Positions 53,582 to 64,000 of a DNA stretch of 64,000 bases are shown here, piece by piece; the stretch's first letter is position 1; each line of letters begins with the position of its first letter. Both the position numbers and the translations under genes were made by a program. The stretch is from Mayamaea pseudoterrestris (Eukaryota): NCBI GenBank assembly GCA_027923505.1, contig BROI01000031.1:186001-250000 (forward strand). Reading direction: 5' to 3'. Below the pieces are notes generated by a model. The model saw only the letters and a program-made list of their open reading frames with translations. It was not told where the DNA came from and ran no database searches.

Positions 53582-55117
53582 ATGGCGATGGTGCGGCGGT
53601 TTCCGTCGTCGTCATCTGCGACTCGTTCCATTGCTTCCCTCTGTAAATTTTTGGTCATGAGGAATCGTTCAGCCTCAATATCAAAACCAACGTATATTAT
53701 TGTCGTCTCTTCGTCCGTCTGCTTGGTAGCATGGCGAATACTAGTATGGCGAGCAAGAAAACGCGTCAAGAAATCGGTGGATCGGATCGAAAGCATGCTT
53801 GCCGAAGGCGGTCCTTTGGTAAGAAAAAGGGATGAAAAAATGAACGATTCATGCCTGGATTGACTAATACAATCATATTTACTCTTGTATTGAATAACGC
53901 AGGTTGACATTAGCGATTATCCAGTCCGCGAGCGAATCCTTCAAAGAGCCTTCAAGCGAGCAAGTAAATGGATGTCGCTGACTAAAGACAACGATGCGAC
54001 TCCCATGGTCGGCCAAGTCGGCGGCAGAGCCGACCACAAGAAACCTGTACTTACATTTGGAACGGAATATGTTCTGAAGCCACTAGTCGCTGATCATCGA
54101 GGCATTCGCGAGGTTTGCTTTTACGAGGCGCTGGAAGCGGTGTCGCAGTCGGTTGGTGCTTCCATTTACAGTCAGTTTCTCAATGGCAAGGAGACCAAAC
54201 GAAACGCCATCATGCAACATTCTGGACAAGTCTTTGATACGATTGCAGTAGCCTTTGCCATGATGATTAAGGATCCCGTTGTCATTCAGTCAGAGCAGGA
54301 CTTGCAGCTGGCATGGCGCAAGGTGCGGAGGGAAGCCGAAGGCTTGCACAAGCTGAATCGGCATGTTCCTCGATACTATGGCGTCGTTGGACAGGACTGC
54401 ATGTCAGCTTCGTATGCAGCGCCTTTTGGAATCACTGAAGATGCATACTTGCTGCTGCATTCATTGACCATGACCTTCTCGAAACCATGCGTCATGGATG
54501 TTAAAATGGGAACGCAAACCTTCGAGCCAGATGCACCAACAGAGAAGCGACTACGAGAGTTTGGCAAGTATCCAAAGCAACCAGAGTATGGCTTTCGGAT
54601 TGTGGGAATGCGCGTTTACGATCCGAGCCATGAGAATGCAGATGAAAAAGGATATAGATTGTATGACAAGCATTACGGGCGATCGCTGACGACGAGAGCG
54701 CAACTTCTCGAGGCTTTTCGAATATTTTTTTCTGCTGGAGTCTTCAAGAATGATAACGGCGATGGTAACAATAGCAGCAGCAACAACAACAACAACAATA
54801 AAAGCAGCAGCAATGGCGATAACGAACGCGTTCGACTCCGCAGCATGTCCAACATTTTGCAAAACGTTCGACCGCTTCGAAAATGGTTTGATGACAATAT
54901 CTCCCTCGAGTTTCGCGCCAGCTCACTTTTGTTAATCTACGAGGGTGACCCAATCAAGGGAAATGGAGATGCAACCTTGGTGAGAATGATAGATTTTGGA
55001 CACGTGAGGCGGAATGCGGGTGGCGATCCTGGGTACATTATTGGGTTGAAAACAATTAAGTCTCTTTTGACAGAGATTGTCGAAACGGAGACGGAGCATG
55101 TGAGAGACTCCACATAG
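53582..55117 (+). CDS. Inositol polyphosphate kinase (IPK/IPMK family); 2 exons (intron 53819-53902)
   Basis: PCVMDVKMG, GFRIVGM, SSLLLIYEG, MIDFGH; a phase-0 GTAAG...CAG intron joins an upstream exon in frame. Confidence 0.88.
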
Positions 55118-55457
55118 CATGCAGTGATTAATTAATGTAGATGCGTCTTTATGTTATAGTTAAAACGTCTACTACCGGTAGAGTATGTTTGATGTTTGCC
55201 GCGTTGCCGTCAATTTATATGTTTCAGCGGCTCATCGTGGCGTTTAGGTCCAAACCCTTCACTCAATCCACCACGAGCTCGCCGTTCAGTAAGAAATTGC
55301 AGGCTGCCTCATACTTGCGTGTCGTCAGCGGCAAATGTGAGATTTGTACTTGCGCGCGTATTGACTGCGAGCGGCTCGCTTGCTCGTGTGTTTCAACCGT
55401 TGAAATCGCAAAGTCTTTGGTCTCTGCGGCACTTTGTGAGCGGCTCAACTTCTTCGT

Positions 55458-57293
55458 TCATTGGTCAGTTGCTCCCTTCCAGTTATCATCTGCGCGTCCG
55501 CTAAACGACGCGTGGTGTATATTGTTGGCATTGTCCTTTAAAGGATCGTCCACCGAATACGCAAGTTTGTACCAAAGGCCAAAAGCACCTGGACGAATGT
55601 TTAGAACGCTAAGATGCGCAGAAGATAGTTCTTCGTCAAGCCAGTCCCAGGCCCTCGTGGGCGTCTTGCATAATTCGACTACAACGGATTGCTTGTTTGT
55701 TGCGCTTACTTTTCGCGTGAGAGGTTGGCTCCCTAAGTACTCACCCGAGCGAAACGACCATATTCCAAATCGGGGTTGCATATTTGTGTTGACAAAAGGT
55801 GAAATAACAACATTGTTACAGGGATCAATCGTGACGCCGTTACATTTTTGAGTCAAGTGTTCGTGGACAAGCTTCGAAGGAACCGCATATTCCTTGACAA
55901 CCTTTCTCGGCAAGCGTAAATCCAAAAGACGGCAGGAACCACTCGCGCCACCGCGTGCCAAGACTTGGTTGGGGAGAAAACAATTCAACGCAAGAACGTT
56001 GCCAAAGCAATTATCGGCGTGCTTAACGATAGAGGAATGGCTGCATCGCTTGTCAAATAAAGTCACGGAACCATCGCGATGGCCAAAAATACAAGTGTGA
56101 ATCGATCTGTCTGTACGGCTCTCTGGTTCAGCTGTATCCACGCAGATGGCGTCAGAGCTAGTAGAGTTTCTCTGAGAACCAGTCAACTCACCGGAGCCGA
56201 TGTTTATCGACAAGAAAAATTCGTTGGTGCTGTTGCCACGAGTCCGATCGAAAGCGAAGACAATGGTGTCCGAGTCCAACATCAAAAAGTCATTTGCTTG
56301 ATACCCTACAATCTCCCATGATGCCTCGCGAAGAGTACTGAGAATCTGAAACGTTTGCGTGGCTCCTCGACGTGACGAAAGTACGCCATACGGCAAGCTT
56401 TGGTCAATCCCAGCATTTAATACCCCAGGATAACAGAAGCGAACACTGCTAATGGCTTGGTTCGAAAGTTTTGTATAACTCCAAGTCTTGTCCAAAGTAT
56501 CCAAATAGCGAACTGAGTCTTCCTCGATAACGGAAGCAAAGTTTGGGAGACGTCGATGACCTTGGCAGTGCGGCGCGACATCAAACGTCCTCGACCAAGG
56601 CGGTAAAAGCATCTTGCACTCCGAGTTTCCTGCCCTAGCTTCTCTCTCGTTGAGTCCAAACAGCAAGTAGTAACGTTTTGTGGTTGTCTTACCGACGCGA
56701 CATTGAGCAATTGGTGGCGTCAGATGAAAGCTTTTTAAAATGGATTGCTCGGCTAGACAAGCCGCCAAACGGGCTCGTTGGCGAGCGTCGCAAGATGCTG
56801 CTCTATGCAAGAATGCCACGTCAGTTGATAATCGCTGCCCAGTACGGTTGCTATACTCACAGTCAATAGCATTGTTTGTGAGCCGCAAGTACGGAAATGT
56901 TCGAAATCGTGCTGGCACACAGCAAGTCAGTGCGCAATCCAATCCATTAGCTGAGTCTTTCTCTTCCTGACGTGGTATAAACCCTTTCGGAAAGTAGGTT
57001 TGCCGTTCCCTGTCGTACAAATAATTTCCCAAAGCTATTGGATGATGCGAGTGTGAAACTGGCGTGTGGTTCCGTTCGGTCGACTCTACTAGCGATTGGT
57101 CCTTTTCTTCGTTTACCTTCTTCTGCTTGAGTCGCTGGCGGCGTAGCTGATCTTCAATTTCATCTCTTTCTTGTTTGCTGACAGCTTTCTTGTCTCGTGG
57201 TCGTCTCCCTCTCGTCGCTTTGTTCCATGCATCATTGTGCAATCGTTCCTCGTTACCTTTTCGTCGCTTGTTTCCTCCTCGATGTCGAGGCAT
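55458..57293 (-). CDS. WD40-repeat protein, DCAF4/WDR21-like
   Basis: Basic N-terminus; GNYLYDRERQTYFP; GHRDGSVTLFDKR and CRLLDLR (DxR-type motifs). Confidence 0.65.
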   Translation of the reverse strand: MPRHRGGNKRRKGNEERLHNDAWNKATRGRRPRDKKAVSKQERDEIEDQLRRQRLKQKKVNEEKDQSLVESTERNHTPVSHSHHPIALGNYLYDRERQTYFPKGFIPRQEEKDSANGLDCALTCCVPARFRTFPYLRLTNNAIDCEYSNRTGQRLSTDVAFLHRAASCDARQRARLAACLAEQSILKSFHLTPPIAQCRVGKTTTKRYYLLFGLNEREARAGNSECKMLLPPWSRTFDVAPHCQGHRRLPNFASVIEEDSVRYLDTLDKTWSYTKLSNQAISSVRFCYPGVLNAGIDQSLPYGVLSSRRGATQTFQILSTLREASWEIVGYQANDFLMLDSDTIVFAFDRTRGNSTNEFFLSINIGSGELTGSQRNSTSSDAICVDTAEPESRTDRSIHTCIFGHRDGSVTLFDKRCSHSSIVKHADNCFGNVLALNCFLPNQVLARGGASGSCRLLDLRLPRKVVKEYAVPSKLVHEHLTQKCNGVTIDPCNNVVISPFVNTNMQPRFGIWSFRSGEYLGSQPLTRKVSATNKQSVVVELCKTPTRAWDWLDEELSSAHLSVLNIRPGAFGLWYKLAYSVDDPLKDNANNIHHASFSGRADDNWKGATDQ

Positions 57294-57718
57294 GACTGCA
57301 AGGCGGCGACGAAAACAACAAACTCGTCAATTCGAGGTTGAATACAGAACAGCCAGTAGTAGGTTTGTATGTATACGATAATATGTGATGGAGCGACCGA
57401 CGCATTCTATGAGCAAGCAGTTATGCAGCAGCGTTTCTCTTGCTACTCATCCGGTCCAGATTACTATACATGAATACTCCTATAGTCACTCGAGGGTGAA
57501 TTGTCATATGGCGGTTAGAATGCAATAGATTTATGGTGCCTATCATTTGAATCGCATCTGATTTGTCCTCATCATGGTCGCGAACGACGGAAGAAATGTG
57601 GCTGTCACACGCTGTCGCTTCGGGAATGGAATAGCGCTACCGGACAAGTCGGAATGATAGCGGCAGTTTATAGTACAGTACTCGATACTCGAAGGTTCAT
57701 TCATACCAACAAGAATAA

Positions 57719-59549
<1,831 letters not shown>

Positions 59550-59882
59550 GGTGGAACGAAGGGAAGTAAGCAGCAGATGTTGTGAGCCTCGGCCGCGCGA
59601 ACGCAATCTGAACTTGTCACACTGGTTCTTCGTCGTCGCACTGGGACTGCAGGTGTGACGTCATGAAAGATCCGCATCGACGCTCATCGACGGCCTCCAA
59701 GCACCATGTTCCACAATGGAGCTTTTGATCGTCGAAGCTGCAGCAGCAACAATCCATTAGATACCGATTCTCTCTACTTGCAGTCTCGCTTGCCGTAATA
59801 TTGTCACTTTGCAAGTCATTCAATTAGCTGCGTGCGGAGAAAAAGCCGTCGATTTACATTTCAAGCCGCATCACTCGAGCCC

Positions 59883-62800
59883 ATGATGACTCTATCGTCT
59901 ACAGTAACTGGCCCTACTGGTACTCCATTAGCTGTTACTACAAGTACAGCGTCCGGATTCATTGCGCTTTTGGACGAGCCAAGCGTCGAGCTGCAGACGC
60001 ATGCGCTACAAGAGCTTTTGGCGTGCGTTGACGTTCTTTGGCATGAAGTGGCGGAATGCTTGCCAAAGCTAGAAGCCTTGGCGGATGAGCCATCCTGCGA
60101 TCAAAATGTACGAGAGATTGCAGCCGCTGTTGCTTCGAGAGTCTTGTTTCACTTGGAGGAGCCAAATGCTGCTTTGAACATGGCTCTGCAAGCTGGACAC
60201 AAATACTTTGACTGGAAGGCGGCAGCAGTGGAACGAGAACAGCAGCGTAGTCCCTACGTGGAACGACTCGTTGCTGCTGCCTTGGATGCCTACCGCGCGG
60301 CGCGTGCCACGGAAACTGGAGCTACTGCTTTACTTCCACCTGCCAAGACTGAAGAGGCGACGGAAACACTGCTTTCGACGGAACAGTTGCTTCCCATGAT
60401 TCACACTTTGCTACAAGGATCATGCGCGGCTGGCTACCAGGAACATGCCCTCGGCATGGCCATTGAAGGACAAGAGACGGAACAAGTAAAACTCATGCTA
60501 CAAGCTGCGGTGTCAAACTCGACGATGAAGCAAACGGCTCCATTGATCAAATATGCCTTAAAAGCATGCATGACGGCGGTATCAAGCAAATCATTTCGCA
60601 ATCAAACGCTTCAAGTTATTGCAGATTGCCTTCAGAGGCAGCTGCAGAATGGCGTCACGGCTGCCGCCTACGATTTGGTAGTCACGCATCAATTGCTGAA
60701 TCAAGCGAATCTGGTCGCTCTAGTCTTTGCCCAGTTGCTGCGTGGAAGCGAGCAAGACTACTTATTGGCGTTGCAGCTTGCATTTGACGTCATGGATAGT
60801 GGTGATCAAGCCTTTGTCAAACTTGTTGCTCAAGATTTGCAAAAGTCGTCAGACTTTTCTGCTGCGGAACAATCGAGACATGAACAGTTGAACCGCATCC
60901 TCGTTGGCGGCTTTTCAAGCGAACTCGCCCTGAGCTTTTTGCACAAGCATAGCAAGGCAGACAAGTTAATCATGGATATGCTCAAGAAGACGCTCGATGA
61001 GCGCGCCAGTGGAAGTCGCTCGAGCATTTTGCATCATGCGGCCATTCTCACACATGGGTACTTGAATGCCGGCACGACGAATGATTCCTTCCTCCGTGAG
61101 AACTTGGACTGGATGAAAAAGGCTTCCAACTGGTGAGTGCTATATAAATATTCGCCCATCACTTTCCTTGACTAAATCTCACCTTGCAAGCAACGTTATA
61201 TTTCTTGGTGGGCAGGGCCAAATTTTCGGCGACGGCCACGATTGGAGTCATTCATTCGATGCATATCACGGAAGCCATGTCGCTTCTCCAACCGTATTTG
61301 CCACAGGACCCATCAGAAGACGATGCTGGAGCAGTTACTACGACCGGTGGATACGCCGAAGGAGGTTCTCTCTACGCGTTGGGATTGGTACATGGCTCGC
61401 AGGCTGGATCAGCGGCGGACAAGCGCCAAGAGGCTACTGACTTTATACGCAAGCACCTGCGGGCTTCGCACGCCAATGAAGTCATTAGTCACGGAGCGGC
61501 TCTAGGAGTGGGACTGACAGCCATGGGGTCGGCCGACTTGGCCATTGTCAATGAACTTAAGGAGCTTCTTGACACTGATTCGGCCGTTGCGGGTGAAGCG
61601 GCTGGCATGGCGATTGGAATGGTCTTGGTAGGAACTGGAGCGGGCAATATCGAAAACTCATTGCCGACGAATCACAAGGAGGAGGTTGCCGAGATTGTTG
61701 TCGAGCTCAAGAATTATGCGCGGGAAACACAACACGAAAAGATTATTCGTGGTCTAGCCCTGGGGTTGGCGCTCATGAACTATGGACAGGAAGAAAATGC
61801 AGATGCCAGCATTGAAGAGATGCGAACCGACCGAGATCCCGTCATGCGATATGGTGCCATGTACTCGTTGGCTTTGGCATATTGCGGAACTGGGTCAAAT
61901 AAGGCAATTCGCATTTTGCTGCACACTGCCGTTAGTGACGTGAGCGACGACGTGCGCATGGCTGCGGTGATTGCCTTGGCTTTCGTTTTGTTCAAGACAC
62001 CCGAGCGTGTCCCTCAGCTTGTCAAGTTGTTGCTTGAGAGCTTTAATCCCCATGTACGCTACGGCAGCTGCATGGCGGTGGGCATTGCCATGGCAGGAAC
62101 TGGCGATGCTGAGAGTATTGCGTTGCTAGAGCCGATGCTAGACGACATGACGGATTATGTCCGCCAGGGCGCTTTGATTGGAACTGCTATGATTTACATG
62201 CAGCAAAGCGACTCTTGCAACAACCGTAAGATTCGCTCGTTTCGCGAAAGGATCATGAATCAAGTAGCCGAAAAGCATCAAAGTACCATGTCCAAGATGG
62301 GCGCTATTTTGGCGACAGGTATTATCGATGCGGGTGGGCGCAACTGCTCGTTGATTCTTGGTTCGCGTAATGGATTCACCAAGATGTCGAGCGCCGTCGG
62401 CATGGTCATGTGGCTGCAGCACTGGCACTGGTTTCCCATGATGCACATGTTTAGCCTGGCGCTCACGCCAACCTTTACCATTGGACTCAATAAAGATTTC
62501 AGATACCCAAAGAACTTCGAGATTCAATGCAACGCCAAGCCTAGCCAGTTTGCTGTTCCCAAGAAACTGGAGGAGAAGAAGGAAGAAAGGAAGAAGCGGG
62601 TCGAGACGGTGACGCTTTCGACAACGGCCAAGGAGAAGGCTCGCCTAGCACGCAAGCGCGTTAAGGCTGGCGGTCATGACTCTGCTGCCATGGACATTGA
62701 CAAAGAGGAAAAGGTCGACTCGAAGGATGTTGTAACATTTGAAAACAAGGAGGGTGACGATGACAAAACTGACGCAATGGAAGTTGACAAGGCGGTCGAA

Positions 62801-63151
62801 GAGGAGGATAAACCCAAGAAGAAGCGCGAGCCCGAACCGAAGTCCTTCCGCGTTCAGAATCCGTCGCGCATGACCAAGGCACAGGCACTCGTCTGCGAGT
62901 TCGATATGGATCAACGTTATCGGCCGATTCGGCCAGAGGAACAGCCTATTGGTGTCATTATCCTAACGGATAGTCGACCTAACGAAGAAGAAGAGCTGCA
63001 GACGGTCAGAACGCCGTCGTTGGAGCCAGAAGGCGAGCTGCCTCCTCCTGAGCCGTTCCATTGGAGCCCTCCAGTTCCGCCACCTGTGGTGTCTTCCCCC
63101 GTCGCAGAAACGAGCGCTGCGTCGGATATGAACGCAGGAAGCGGTTCGTAA
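59883..63151 (+). CDS. RPN2: 26S proteasome regulatory subunit RPN2/PSMD1; intron 61133-61215
   Basis: FLRENLDWMKKASNW-AKFSATA, AVSDVSDDVR, ESFNPHVRYG, DAGGRN, LSTTAK, PPEPF. Confidence 0.96.
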
Positions 63152-63589
63152 CGACTTTGATAGCGTAACAGCTCAGATTTATTCTATTAACGGAAGAGAA
63201 GTAGCTATAGGCTGTGCGTATGCGTAGACTTTCTCAGCAATAGCGCATTGGCGACAACGTGAAACCAATCCTAGAGGACGAGTAAACATTCGATAGCTTC
63301 GCCTGTGGCGCTCATTCTGGCAACATTCTCAATATGGTAATAATGTGAACGGTGACCGAAGAACATTCAATAGTTTAAACGACATATGGTCTTCCTCACA
63401 AAAGTTTTTGAACAGTGATTGGGTACCTAATGGAGACTAGTCATCGAGGCAATAATACGATTGTGTTGTCGCTATCTGTATAGTACAAAGTGTACTGAAA
63501 ACTGCAGCATTTATATTGCCCGAAAAGCAGCTGTTTCGAGCAGCTTCTGCCTTCTCTTGCGCCATTCTTTCCAACCTCCAACCCCCATC

Positions 63590-64000
63590 ATGTCAAAGCG
63601 CAAGAGAGAGACGGACTGCGGAATTGCCAAAGGAAAAGTTGTTTCCTTCGGACTCTTACTCTACAAATGTGATTCAGACCAAAATATTGCATCCTCGTCG
63701 TCGGTTGCCTCCAGCAAGACCAAGCTTGACATTCGCTTCCTCGTTGGTCTAATTCCGCAGCGCAACTGGTGGACCGTCTTCAAAGGCTTGCCAGAAGGAA
63801 GCGAGACTCCGTATGAAACAGCGATGCGGGAGTTTAAAGAAGAGACGGGAATACTTGATGCTTCCATTATCAGTAGATTGTCTGCGTCGCTGGAGCAACA
63901 AAAATCTACAACGCTTCACGCCAAGGTTGGATCCTCCAAGGATTTGCACATTTTTTTAGTCGATGGAGCGTTTGTCGCGGAATCCAATTTTGACAGCTCA
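63590..64000 (+). CDS. Nudix hydrolase (3' partial; absent from the ORF track)
   Basis: Open frame from ATG 63590 to the window end with a perfect Nudix box GLPEGSETPYETAMREFKEETGI. Confidence 0.9.
   Translation, partial: MSKRKRETDCGIAKGKVVSFGLLLYKCDSDQNIASSSSVASSKTKLDIRFLVGLIPQRNWWTVFKGLPEGSETPYETAMREFKEETGILDASIISRLSASLEQQKSTTLHAKVGSSKDLHIFLVDGAFVAESNFDSS

Noticed and set aside
55141..55851. 236-aa plus-strand ORF
   Set aside because: Largely antisense to the WD40 gene and has no recognisable features.

Overview
Gene-dense eukaryotic DNA that looks like a diatom nuclear genome: short GT-AG introns, signal peptide + F/W bipartite presequences, diatom-style LRR proteins. Housekeeping genes (PCC alpha C-terminus, NDH-2, apyrase, inositol polyphosphate kinase, DCAF4-like, DLD, RPN2, Nudix) flank a ~31 kb retrotransposon-rich core (13.3-44.7 kb) holding five LTR-element copies from four families, all on the minus strand. 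(1) Two copies of Ty1/copia family A (211-bp LTRs). Its primer-binding position is not tRNA-like but is the exact 15-nt reverse complement of a sequence inside its own LTR, suggesting Tf1-style self-priming; both copies are rearranged at that hairpin. One copy interrupts an NDH-2 gene, the other truncates a TLC-domain gene. (2) A three-level nest, each level with its own TSD: a ~490-bp non-coding TRIM-like element, containing a Ty3/gypsy element, containing an intact copia (family B). Family B has non-canonical AGT...ACT termini, a half-tRNA-iMet-type PBS, and a 2436-aa polyprotein with an internal signal-peptide/'ADAFAP' plus transmembrane module between Gag and protease. All calls come from reading the sequence by eye; no searches were run, and some frameshifts may be assembly errors.
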